A stretch of DNA of 64,000 bases from assembly GCF_009914755.1 (NCBI RefSeq), contig NC_060926.1; one strand, written 5' to 3'. This document shows positions 52,597 to 64,000 of the stretch, piece by piece. Positions within the stretch are counted from its first letter, which is position 1, and each line of letters starts with the position of its first letter. This DNA comes from the human T2T-CHM13v2.0 reference genome, Homo sapiens. The notes below the pieces were generated by a model. That model searched no databases. It was given only the letters and a program-made list of their open reading frames with translations, and was not told where the DNA came from. A program made the position numbers and the translations under genes.

Positions 52597-53667
52597 CCAT
52601 CTATCCATGTATGTGTTGCTTGTCTCTATCTTTACATTCATTCCAATAAATTATATGCTCCATGAGCTCAGAGACTATGCATTTTTTTCACTAGGGCATT
52701 CCTGCTACCTACCTGGAAAGATAATATATAATATGTAAATATATATATATATATTATATGTACATATAAATATTTATTGAAAGACTAAATCAAATAATTT
52801 TGCAACAAAAAGAGGAATCCAGAGAATCCAGATTTTTGACTCTTTCACAATCAGTTCCACTGAAGGAGCTTCCGACTAGGGTCTCCCTAGCCCCACCTCA
52901 CAGATATATATTAAATTTTTAAATTAAACTTGAGATGAGTCTTTAAAAACATAATGGGGAAAAAGCACATTGGCAGGCCACGCCTGTATCCCACTAGCTG
53001 AGTGTGAAAGAGAGGAGGTCTTTTGGAACGCCTTCTATGCCAACCAGATGACTGGAATTGATTACATGTATCTAAGTCTCACCTCCTTTGTTTTTAGACA
53101 GATGCTGATAGTAACCCAATGGAGCACTGATAAAGAGGACCAAGATGGGTATTGAGAAAACTGTATTCTTTCCACTAACTTTTCACTAACTTGAACAAAT
53201 AATTTAAACTCCCTGGCCCTCCTTTTTCATTGTTCAAATACTAACTAGGTCCATGGGAAGCAGCTTGGAAGAATTCTCCTTTACAAATATGTTAATATCA
53301 CTAGTCATAATTAATTATTAATGTTATCTATGCTAAAGTATATTTAAAAGATGTTGGGTTAAGGAGCTAACAAGTTGTTGTTGCAGAACGTCTCAGAGCC
53401 TTTAACATGTTGACAAATATTATGCCTTCTAAAATGAGGGATATAGTAAGCAGAGTTTTCCAAATTTCTTTAACCAAGGAAGACATTTAATGTCTCCTAA
53501 AATATTCCTCCATGAAACACCAGTTTAGGAAACACTTGAAATGACCTCTGATACCACTTAATACATTGACATAACCTGACCGTGACACCGTCACCCAAAC
53601 AACAATCTTGATGCTACTGGAAAGAAAAGTAACAAACAAAGGAGGTTTAAAAATATTACTGTCCCTT

Positions 53668-54000
53668 GGCTGGGCACAGTGGCTCACGCCTGTAATCCCA
53701 GCACTTAGGGAGGCCAAGGCGGGTGGATCACGAGGTCAGGAGATCGAGACCATCCTGGCTAACATGGTGAAACCCCGTCTCTACTAAAAATATAAAAAAT
53801 TAGCCAGGCGTGGTGGCGGGCGCCTGTAGTCCCAGCTACTCACGAGGTTGAGGGAAGAGAATGGCGTGAACCCTGGAGGTGGAGCTGGCAGTGAGCCAAG
53901 ATCTTGCCACTGCACTCCAGCCGGGGTGGCAGAGCGAGACTCCATCTCAAAATAAAATAAAATGAAAATATATATATATGCATATATATACATATATAAA
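53668..54000 (+). mobile_element. AluY SINE with TA-rich tail
   Basis: AluY diagnostics; TSD actgtccctt 53658-53667 / 54001-54010. Confidence 0.94.
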
Positions 54001-54010
54001 ACTGTCCCTT

Positions 54011-54845
54011 AAAATTTAACAAGAAGAAAAAAAATAACTCTGTAAAAGCTGAGTTTGAATCGACATTTTACCAAAGAAGATATACAAATGGCTAATAAGC
54101 AAGTGAAATGATGCTCAACATCATTAGTCATTAGGGAAATGTAAATGAAAACCACAATGAGATACTAAGATATACCCATTGAAATGTCTATAATCAAAAA
54201 GACTAACAATACTGAGTGTTGGTGAAGATATGGAAAAACTCAAACACTCATACATTGCTGGTACAAATGATACAGCTATTTTGAAACACAGGCAAGTTCT
54301 TAAAAAGTTAAACATACACTTACCATATGACCCAGCAATTTTATTACTAGGTATTTACTTAAGAAAAATGAAAACGTATATCCATAGAAATACTTTCATG
54401 CAAATTTTCTTAGCAGCATTATTTTATAATAGCTAAAACCTGAGATCAATCACATGCCTATCAATTAGTGAAAGGATTAAAAGTGTGGTATATCCATACA
54501 ATAAAAAGGAACAAACTATTGATTCATGCAATATAGATTAACCTTAAAACGTTATGCTAAGTAAAAAAAAGAGGCACAAAAAAACTAAATGTAGTAAAGT
54601 TTCATTTATATGACATTTCTAGAAAAGGCACAGTTATAGAGACACAAGGCAGATCTGTGGTTAACTTAGACTGGAGTTGCAGGGGAGTCAAATACAAATG
54701 GGAACATGGATACTTTATGGGGTCATAGAAATGCTCTAATACTGGATTGTGACGATGCACACTGTATAACTTAAGTCATTGAACTGTGTGCTTACAATGT
54801 GTGCATAGCATGTAAAATGTACTTCAATAAAGCTGTTTCAAAAGA
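54011..54845 (+). mobile_element. Old L1M (L1MB/MC-like) ORF2 end plus 3' UTR
   Basis: caaagaagatatacaaatggctaataagc...atgctcaacatcattagtcattagggaaatg...ccatatgacccagcaatt...caataaagctg; explains ORF 54230..54436. Confidence 0.9.
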
Positions 54846-55318
54846 ACAGTTCATAGATGTCCATATGTGAGGATGGAGCCAGAAATATGATGGAGAATGT
54901 CAACGAAGGGCTTGTGTATTATTCTCAAATGAGACCATTTCTCCTACAGACTTGAATGTGTGCATACAATACACACACACACACACACACACACCCTGGT
55001 GTGACTTACCTGATTAAAACAAGTATTTATTAGTGCTGATGACATCAGGACAGAAATGCTGCTCAGGGACAAATGTGCAAAAACAATAATGTCACTTTCT
55101 GTAAACAAACTGTGTGTGTGTGCGTGTATGTGTGCATGTGTGTGTGTATGTGTGTCTTCTAAAAATACGTTTGTGTGGTCATTATGATATCTCATCTGGA
55201 TCCCTGCAATTGTCTCCCAACCCTTCTCCCTGATGTTAATCTTGCCTCTCACAGAGCAGCCAGAATGGTCTTGTACAAACATAACCCAGATTCCTATCTC
55301 TCCCTTCCTCTCTCAATC

Positions 55319-55410
55319 TGTGTGTGCATGTGTGTGTGTGTGTGTGTGTGTCTTTCTGTCTCTCTCGCTCTGTCTCTCTGTCTCTCTCTCTCTGTCTCTC
55401 TCTCTCCCTC
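55319..55410. repeat. Compound (TG)n/(TC)n microsatellite
   Basis: Direct reading. Confidence 0.9.
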
Positions 55411-55489
55411 AATAAACTGATAAAGCTAAAGGGAGCCACCAAAGGCTCACAGCTTAGGCTTAATACCAGTCTGATTTATTGTGTTCATA

Positions 55490-55953
55490 ATCTGGGTCAG
55501 AAATCTATTCTCAGGAAGTAACATTTAAGCTGAGATCAAAGTAATAAGAAGGATCCAGTTACCAAGGTCCAGAAGAAAAGCATTCTGAGCTGAGGGAAGA
55601 GTGAGTGCAGAGACCCTGAGGCAGGAACAAGCTTAGATGTCAGAGGGACAGAAAAGAGACCAAACCAGTGCAGCTGGAACATAAAGGACCAAGGAAACCA
55701 CGGGAGTTGAAATTGAAGGGGGAGGAGGGGACTAGACCAAGCTGGGCCTCATAGGCCTTGGTACAGTGTTTGGATTTTATTCCAAATGCAATGAGAAGCC
55801 AGTGGAAGGGAGAGATAGGATCTGGGTTGTGTTTTCACAAAACCACTTTGGCTGCTCTGTGGGAGGCAAGAGTGACATCAGGGAGAAGGATTGGGAGACC
55901 ATTGCAGAAGTCCAGATGAGATATCATAGTGACCACATGCACATGTTTTTAGA
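55490..55953 (-). mobile_element. L2 LINE fragment (antisense)
   Basis: aagtaacatttaagctgagatc...gcagagaccctgaggcaggaac...tttggattttattccaaatgcaatgagaagccagtggaagg. Confidence 0.8.
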
Positions 55954-55959
55954 GTCATA

Positions 55960-56200
55960 TGATGGTAAAGAGCAAGGATTACGGCATCCAAAAGATGAAA
56001 GTTCACCTTCCACCTCTGCCACTTCCCATCCAAATGGCTTTGAAGAACTTACTAAACCTCTATGAGCCCCACTTTTCTCATTTATCAAAAAGGAATAATG
56101 TTACTATTTATTTCATATGATTATTACAATGACTCATTGCAATGATATGTACAAAGCACTTGGCAATATATTAAGTGCCTGACAAATGATAGTGATTATG
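55960..56200 (+). mobile_element. MIR SINE
   Basis: atgatggtaaagagc...ttactaaacctctatgagcccc...tgtacaaagcacttggca. Confidence 0.7.
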
Positions 56201-56229
56201 TCACTTTAAAATTCATTCCACCAATTGTG

Positions 56230-56705
56230 CCATTGATGCTGTTGAGGCCCTGCCCCATGCCACCTTGAAGCCCCTGAGTCCATCAGCAGTTGTCAGGGAG
56301 AGCTGCTAGCACAGTCAATGTCCAATCTTAAGCAGCAGCACCTCTGTTCTTTGCCTGAGGATTTCTCTGGCATCATAAGGACTTACTCATCTGTGAACAG
56401 TAGTTATCTGCTCAGCCAGAGGCAACCATCAACTGAGGGAGGACGGCAGCCAGTGGATAAATTTCCCGGGCTCTCTCTCCATCCTCTGGAAGCACATTTC
56501 TTAAGTGTGTTATCAGGCAGTTTCTTGGTTGAGCCTCAGCTGCTCACAGGGTAACCCACTCACTGACTTGCCTTTCACTGGGTTCCCTCCCTTCCCTATC
56601 ACTTTCTCCATTTCCTTACATCCACTTCTTAGGATCACCTCCCAAACAGACCATAACCAAGCCCTTGTCTCATAGTCTGCTCTGTGGGAATCCCAAACTA
56701 GGGCA
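56230..56705 (+). mobile_element. ERVL LTR (LTR16-like)
   Basis: gagcctcagctgctcacagggtaaccc...ccttccctatcact...gccttgtctcatagtctgctctgtgggaatcccaaacta. Confidence 0.65.
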
Positions 56706-57058
56706 AGTTAGCTGTGTGTGCTTAGGCCATCTCACCAGATTCTCTTATCTGGAAACTGGGGTACTTGGGTAGATAACTTCCATAATTCTAAAGGCAGCCT
56801 ACTTATTTTTGTTTACATTTCTACCCAACACATGATAAGTGTGATTTACACTTTTATAATTCAGTCATTTAAACACTTAAATCTGGATACACTTTTTTCC
56901 CTTTGTATAAAGAGTGAATGGATTCTGCACATTTTACAATAGGAAATGACATGCTGTTTGGTTTCTGTGATAACAGGACAGGATATCATAAACTGGACGT
57001 AAAAGTTCAGAATGCCTGTGGAAATAAGGATAGGTTAAACTCGCTCAAGTATTAAGAA

Positions 57059-57575
57059 TGTGGCAGATTGTATTTTCTAAAGATGGTCATGACAATATCT
57101 ATCATCTCCCACCCATGTTTTGGCACTGGGACCTCGCCATGTCCCAGCAGTAGGCAGAATCTTGTTCCTTCCCTTGGAGTTGGTGCGGGTCCTGTCATTG
57201 CTTTGTCTGATAGACATGATGGAAGTAATATTGCCCCAGTTCTCAGTGAGGCATTAACTAGCTTGGCAGGGTTCACTTCCTGTCTTTTGGAAGACAGGTA
57301 GAGGAGAAGGGTGACTTCCCTGAGACTTCCATGCTGTGTGAAGCCCAAATCCCATGGAGAGGCCATGGAGAGGGAGAATGGCAGCAGAATGAGTGAAGAA
57401 ATCATCCTGGATGTGGATCCTGCAGACCCTCCAGGCCCAGCCATTACTAGATGGAGCAGAGAGAGACTACCAAGTGAGCCCTCTATGAATTTCTGCCCCA
57501 CAAAAGCATGAACAAAATAAGTGGCTGTTTTAAACCTCTAAGTGTTGGTGTAGTTTATTGCACAACCGTACGAAT
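57059..57575 (+). mobile_element. MaLR solo LTR (MLT1H-like)
   Basis: tgtggcagattgtattttctaaagatgg...ctgttttaaacctctaagtgttggtgtagttt; explains overlapping ORFs 57052..57511. Confidence 0.8.
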
Positions 57576-58620
57576 GGAAATGAAGAATATTAAAGCAATA
57601 ACTGAAAACTAAGAATTTGAAAATTCATAGAATGTTGTTTCCTAGGGTAAGACTGACTTCAGAAAAAAAAGGCATAGACATGATTTCAGAAAATGTGATG
57701 AAAGTCCTTTTGGGGAAATAGAAACAATGAAAACAGAATCCTATTTGAAGTCTCACTTTTTTCATTAGCTGCAGTGTAATGGAAAACAGCCACCCTGAAT
57801 ATCCAATTTCCCCCAATACTTTAATTCTTTTCTTAGACTGAAAGTTTTAACAATCCACCGCTTACTACAAGTTAAAAAAATACATAATGATTTTTAAAGC
57901 TTTTCTTATTTCTGGACAGCAGATTTTGAAGGTGAAGCTTTAATCACATGCTAGTCTTATAATCACTGCTGGTTTTCGACTGAAGTATTACAAATTGGGC
58001 TTTAGTTCAATTTAAGCTGCATGGGCCAAATCCTACCCTTGGTTATTATAAGCAATTCCCATTGAAATCATTAGTAGTTGTACATGTGTAACAAGGAGAT
58101 AATTTGGCCACATGTGCTTTAGTCTCCATGTGTATCAAGCATAGGCACAGAGGCTGGGCTACACACGGAAAACATCTTGTGCTATTTGGAATAAGTTATC
58201 TTTTTGCTATAATGAGTTCATGTCAACATGATGAAAAGAAAATGCAAATGTAAGGAGAAGCAGCACTTCCTCCCATAGCTTTCCATGTCCTGGTGGCTCC
58301 TGGCAGCGCTGACTCTATAAGCAGTTGCCCCTCCTATTGGTAACAATGGATAGGATCCTCCTCGCCGCCTCCCTGAAGCCCTCCTGGGAGACCTTGCTCC
58401 ATTTACAACTGGCCGGAGGGGCACTGCCTCCTTGTCAGTTCTTGTTTCCAATTCTTCCAGGGTCAACTATCTTCCCTGGCAAAGGGTTCACTTTTGATCA
58501 AACAAATGTTCAATACACCTGCAGCCCAAACCACTGGCCGGAGAACCTTTTCACAGAAAGTCCTGGGGGATATTCACTTTGCTCATTCAATGGTTAGTAA
58601 ACCTTTCTAAGCATCTTAAA

Positions 58621-58810
58621 CAGTGGTTCTCAGTGTTTGGCCTACTTCACAATCACTGGCAGTGCTTATTAAAAGACAGAGTGCTGGGCCCCAGCCCTAG
58701 AGTTTCTGATACAGTAGGATGGGAAAGATGGCCTGAGAATTTGCATATTTAACAAGCCCCCAAGTGATGCCACTGCTGCTGATTCAGAAACCACACTGTG
58801 AAAACCATGG
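58621..58810. mobile_element. MER5A hAT-Charlie fossil
   Basis: cagtggttctca...gctgggccccagccctagagtttctgat...ggcctgagaatttgcat...ccacactgtgaaaaccatgg. Confidence 0.85.
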
Positions 58811-59099
58811 ATCTAGAATTCAGGTGACACCACAGACATAGTGTCATGGAAGATATGGTCATGAATGTACACAGCTTAGCCTTTAGTGGAGGGGGCATAA
58901 AGGCAAATCAACAATTGTGAGATGGTTGGATGAGTGCAATCACAGAGAAAAATATAGGCTTCCTGATGATCCAGGAGCTGATTTAGATAAAGGAGGAGAC
59001 AGTGTGTAATATCTAGTGATTAAATAAACCAACTATAATCAGCATTTGTTGTTTCTGTGTCATTTTTTCCTCCTGGTATCAAAAGAATTGTTTTCCTTT

Positions 59100-60080
59100 T
59101 TGGAATTGACTGTCCCTGGTTTAATGAAATCTTGTCAACATCTGTTGTCAATCACATGGTCCCACTGCTCTGTGACTGGGTGAGCATGTGACCCAGGCTG
59201 CCCAATTTGAGTTCTTTTCTTGGGATTGACAATAACACTGGGAAAGAAAGTCTTTCTCTTTCTGAGATCTCCAGCAATAAGGATGATGTATGCCTGGAGC
59301 TTCTGCTGACCATCTTTGCCATCATGTGCATAGAGCCAGGCTGAGAATGAAACAGTGGCTAATTGTATTTTGCAAATATGTCTCTCATCCCACATGCTCT
59401 TCTTTGATATGCCACCTATAAAGATATGGGGCCTATGTTCCCTTCCCTTGAATCTAGGAAATGAAGTAGTGACACTGTGTGATTCTGAGACTAGAACATA
59501 AATGGCAACTCAGGTTTACCTGGTTTTTTGGGGAATGCTTGCTCACAAAACCCAGCCACCATGCTGTGAGGAAGCCCAAGCAGCCACATAGAGCAGGAAC
59601 AGGTGAATGTTCTGTCCGACAGCTTCTGCTGAAGTCCAAGTGATCCACGAGCAGCAACCGTCATTCCTGTGCGCACATGAGCCTTCAGATTATTCCAGCC
59701 CCCAGTCACCATGTACATTTCGAGCTTTTCCAGGTGAGGCTTCAGACATTGTGTAGCAAAGTAAAACTAATCACACTGTGCCTTCTCTGAGTTCCTGACT
59801 CACAGAAAACCATGAATGTAGTGGAAAGTTTAGCATGGTTCCTTATGTTGCAACAGTAACTAGACATAAACCAGAAATAAGCAGAACTGAGAGATGGGAA
59901 AGAATGACAGTGACAGAGAAAGAGAGAGAGTGACAGCCATGACAGCTTCATTTGAATCCCCTCGTTTAAGCCTTGCCTGAAGATGGATCTATCTCACTTC
60001 AGGCATCCCAGTCACATGAACTAATAAATTCCTATTTTTGCCTAAATTATTTTGAATATGAATTTCTGTCACTTCCAGTC
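59100..60080 (+). mobile_element. Old MLT1J/K-like LTR with nested MLT1G/H-like LTR (~59355-59872)
   Basis: gcatgtgacccaggctg...ccatctttgccatcatg [nested gtggctaattgtattttgc...ttatgttgcaacag] ...ctaataaattcc...tttctgtcacttc. Confidence 0.65.
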
Positions 60081-61730
60081 TAAACAATCGAAGTACAACA
60101 AACTTTAAATATCAGGCAGACAAGGGACGTAAAGGAAGAGGAAAGAGACATAAAACGTAAGACTACCTTAATACCCAATGCCTCTCAGGATGCTGTTAAG
60201 GAGACTGTAAATGTAATTAAAAATTTCTCAGAAATCACTCAAACAGAAGAAAAATAAATATTAGAATCAGGAAAACATCAGGTATGGGTGAACATCTAAA
60301 CCGGCACATCTAGACATGTGCCTGGCCCCTGTACCAGAATGCCTGGTTTCTTATCTCAGACCCACTTTTCATGCCCAAGTCACATTACATAGAGCATTTT
60401 GTACCTCAGTCAAACTGTTGAATAAGCAATAATACAAAAGATAGAGGTGCTGAGAAAGAGCTACAGAAAATCTGGGAAAAAAATGTTTGCAAATTAAAAA
60501 GGAGTAGAACAAGAAAATTATTGATTGAATGGATTTAAAAGTAGGATTTTGACAAGTTTTAAAATATTTTTTAAATTTTGAAGAGTAATTACTTCCCATT
60601 GAGTAATCTGTCTCACTTATTTCACTTCCTTCAAGGACTTTCTGAACCTTACAAAAAAAAAATTGTAGTTTTTTTCTGCTGAGTGCGATTATTCATCCTA
60701 AGCATATCAACTATGAAAAATTATTCCCAAATAAGAAAAAGGAAGCATTTTAATTTATTGGAGGTTTCAGAGTATCATTATATCATTCTACAGGTGCCCT
60801 GAGAAACAGGCAAGGAAATGATTTTTAAAGTTTACAAATAAAGATAGAAGATTTACAATGATTCTTTTCACTGTTTTATTGAAAACATAAAGTTAAGTCA
60901 ATCTTCTTAAACATACTATGTTAATTATCATGATTAGTCAAAGAAAAAATGCTCTGTTACACAGTGAATCAGGCTTAGGGGTGGACATGGTTCTCTGCAA
61001 GTATGCGGTAATCGAAAAAATACTAAACTTGAAGCCATGGTACTTTCACTCAATATTGTTTTGGACAACATGTCAATAGATACATACTTGAAGCCATAGT
61101 GACTCCACTCAATAAATATATTGCTTTGCTTAATGTCTGAGGCAAAATGTCTTCATCAACAAAGTTCCTCATCCCATTCATACAGATGCTACGAGTCTCA
61201 AAACAACTAATGTGAATGTTCTTTCACTAAATTTTACACATTGTGAAGGGCTATTCAAGTTACACAAACAAACTCATACATGTTTAGATTAGATGACCTT
61301 AATATTTCCCTTGTCTGTGTAACTGCTAACCTTCATCAAAGGGAGAAGTGCTTTAAGGAAAATATTACACAGCTTCACATACCCACAGATCACCCCTAAC
61401 ATAATCCTAACATAAGCACCTGGCAGCATTTGCTTCATGGAGTCCTAACAGCATGGGAAGCACCTGGCCTGGGGTTGGTAAGCGTTGGGACACCTCGTGG
61501 GAATATTATTACATGCTAAGAGGACCCAGCAATAGACAATGTAAGCCAGTCACACCTGCAAACTGTAGATCTGATTGGAAATCTCTCTTTAAGACAAAAT
61601 ACACACAAGTAGTTAGTACAAATGATGTGATGGAACAATTAGTGGAAGTTAATTAATTGGGCAAGCAGGATCAATATGGAGGTTTCTCCCACAGCAGGTT
61701 TGCCTTAGGTAGTTAATAAAGGGACATTCT

Positions 61731-62348
61731 TTTTTTTTAATTTTATTATTATTATACTTTAAGTTTTAGGGTACATGTGCACAATGTGCAGGTTTGTTAC
61801 ATATGTATACATGTATCATGTTGGTGTGCTGCACCCATTAACTCGTCATTTAGTGTTAGGTATATCTCCTAATGCTATCCCTCCCCACTCCCCCCACCCC
61901 ACAACAGTCCCCGGTGTGTGATGTTCCCCTTCCTGTGTCCATGTGTTCTCATTGTTCAATTCCCACCTGTGAGTAAGAACATGCAGTGTTTGGTTTTTTG
62001 TCCTTGCGATAGTTTGCTGAGAATGAAGCTTTCCAGTTTCATCCATGTCCCTACAAAGGACATGAACTCATAATTTTTTATGGCTGCATAGTATTCCATG
62101 GTGTATATGTGCCACATTTTCTTAATCCAGTCTATTGTTGTTGGACATTTAGGTTGGTTCCAAGTCTTTGTAATTGTGAATAGTGCCGCTGTAAACATAC
62201 GTGTGCATGTGTCTTTATAGCAGCATGATTTATAATCCTTTGGGTATATACCCAGTAATGGGATGGCTGAGTCAAATGGTATTTCTAGTTCCAGATCTCT
62301 GAGGAATCGCTACACTGACTTCCACAATGGTTGAACTAGTTTACAGTC
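61731..62348 (-). mobile_element. 5'-truncated L1PA (young primate L1, non-Ta)
   Basis: L1 ORF2 C-terminus (ORF 61956..62198, WNQPKCPT...WIKKMWHIYTMEYYAAIK) plus 3' UTR; perfect 16-bp TSD aataaagggacattct 61715-61730 / 62349-62364. Confidence 0.97.
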
Positions 62349-62820
62349 AATAAAGGGACATTCTAAGTAGCATTACCGAAGAGCTGGTGTCTCAGCAGCT
62401 GGCTGCAGAAGAAAGAACAGGAAGTGAGCTGGGAGCACTGGCTGCTTTCCCTTCTTTGAAACTCACAACCAAGAAGCAGTAAGATGTTTCCAAATCCTGA
62501 CAATCACAACAAGACCTGACTCGCCATGATGGCAATGACATGTCTCATTCACTCTGCAGGTCTGTGACAGCTTTACTGTGCTGCTTTGCTCCTCTGGAGC
62601 CACCCAAGGACAGGGTGTATATGACAAAATACCTAGGGGACAAAAGTCAAAATGACTATTCCCCAAAAAGAGATTTCTAAAAATTAATTAAATCACTGCC
62701 TTAACTCCCCACTTACCTTTCTCAGAATAGCTACAGCACAGAGTACCATTATTTAAGCAACCAAGACATTTCATAGTATTATTAGCCGCAATAAAACTTC
62801 CAAATCTCACACAACCCATC

Positions 62821-63209
62821 TGTTATGGGCTGAACTATGTCCCCAAAATATTCATTTGCCGAAGTCCTAATGCCCAGTATTTCAGAATGTGACAATATAT
62901 GTTGATAGGGTTTCTAAAAAGGTAATTAAGCTAAAACGAGCTCCTTCCTCAGGGTGGGATCTGATCCAATATACCTGGTGTCCTTACGAGGAGAATGGGG
63001 TGGTGGGAGAGTTATGCGAAGACACAGAAAGAAGACATCCATCTACACACCAAGGAGAGAGGCCTCAGAAGAAACCAGCCCTGCCAACACCTGGACCTCA
63101 GACTTCCAGCCTCCGGATCTGTGAAATTTAAAAAAAAGAAAAAAAAATCCTGTTGTTTCAGCCACCCAGTCGATGGCATTTTATTGTGGCAGCCCTAACA
63201 AACTATCCA
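62821..63209 (+). mobile_element. MaLR solo LTR (MLT1B/C-like)
   Basis: tgttatgggctgaactatgtcccc...gagaggcctcagaagaaaccagccctgcc...gtggcagccctaacaaacta. Confidence 0.88.
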
Positions 63210-64000
63210 TTTGCATTTAGCCAACCATGATCTAATGGTGCAGGTGTTTTACATTTCTAGAGTTAGAAATCCTGTGTTATCCCATAGCAAATATATCTGA
63301 GAGCCTGACCCAGTTTCTGTGCCCACATAGACGTGAGTTAGGTGTTTTTTATTATCATCAAGTTAATATGCTCAAGATAGAAACCAATTATGCTCTTCTA
63401 CCCCACATCTCACTCCACCATCACCTTTCTTCTTGTTTTCAGCTTGAAAATTATTTTCTGGTGTCCTTTCCAAACAATTAAACTCTGTTTCCCTCTGCTA
63501 ATTATTTCTTTGTGATCAAAGACTCAAGTAAATTCAAATAAACTCTAAGTACATCAGTATCCATTAAATTTTCTCTAACTGAAAAGATCTTTAAGATGAA
63601 GTTCAGTTCCATCTCTTTAGTCTAACACCTGCAAACTAAAACTTAGATTAAACATTGTGCATAAACTATCGAACTACGTAAACTAAGCACATTGCTTCCA
63701 TTCTGATCCTCAACTTCTTGTTCTATTTGTCCTCAATAGTCAAAGAGTTGAGAAAAAAATGTCTTTCCTCCATTCCTCCAGAGGAGAGAAATTAATTTTC
63801 CAGTCATATAAGTGGACACAAGTTTATGGCTTTCTGATTTATGAGTCACAGATCAGAAAACAGACTAAAGATGTTATAAAGTTATTATTATAGCTGTTGT
63901 TTAGATGTCTAGAAAATGGCATTTAATTTTGTCATTCATCTACTTCCAGCAGGGAAAATCATAAATTATATTTATAATAAAATGATATTTACCTCAGTAG

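Larger units (their letters stand above)
55158..55953. repeat. Inverted duplication of L2-derived sequence (~150-bp arms, ~495-bp spacer)
   Basis: 55158-55308 aligns to the reverse complement of 55804-55953 with 20 substitutions and 1 indel by manual alignment. Confidence 0.93.

Noticed and set aside
53305-53325. HNF1-like palindrome ATTAATTATTAAT
   Set aside because: Expected by chance in very AT-rich sequence.
57052-57501. 149-aa ORF (longest in the window)
   Set aside because: Lies almost entirely within an MLT1-type LTR.
61027-61114. Diverged ~28-bp direct repeat (acttgaagccat...cactcaata)
   Set aside because: Old small tandem duplication with no further structure; ordinary.

Overview
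Human (or hominin) genomic DNA: AT-rich, CpG-depleted and dense in Alu, L1, L2, MIR, MaLR/ERVL LTR and hAT/mariner fossils. An AluYb8-type element at ~51.8-52.1 kb points to human. I could not recognise any intact protein-coding exon, so the window is probably intronic or intergenic. The supplied ORFs are explained by repeats or chance, and the only gene-derived sequence I can name is a full-length, disabled RPL23A processed pseudogene on the - strand (~11575-12123). The most unusual signal is at 30441-30558, a short interstitial telomeric array inserted into a MIR. It is preceded twice by TCTCAGTTAGGGTTAG, the reverse complement of the human telomerase RNA template plus the 5 nt 3' of it (TERC sequence recalled from memory). 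It is also interleaved with direct and fold-back copies of the adjacent flank, which suggests a fossil double-strand-break repair combining telomerase addition and templated insertion. Other notable structures: a ~150-bp, ~86%-identical inverted duplication of L2 sequence (55158-55308 / 55804-55953); a 191-bp dispersed duplication around an inverted-Alu cluster (32290-33741); an L1PA with a twin-priming inversion and probable 3' transduction inserted at an older Alu target site (20926-21639); and a candidate - strand TATA/double-CCAAT promoter near 24970-25095 flanked by a near-perfect CTCF motif and a perfect DR3 element. I see no evidence for a new multi-gene system. Repeat subfamily names and boundaries are by eye and approximate.
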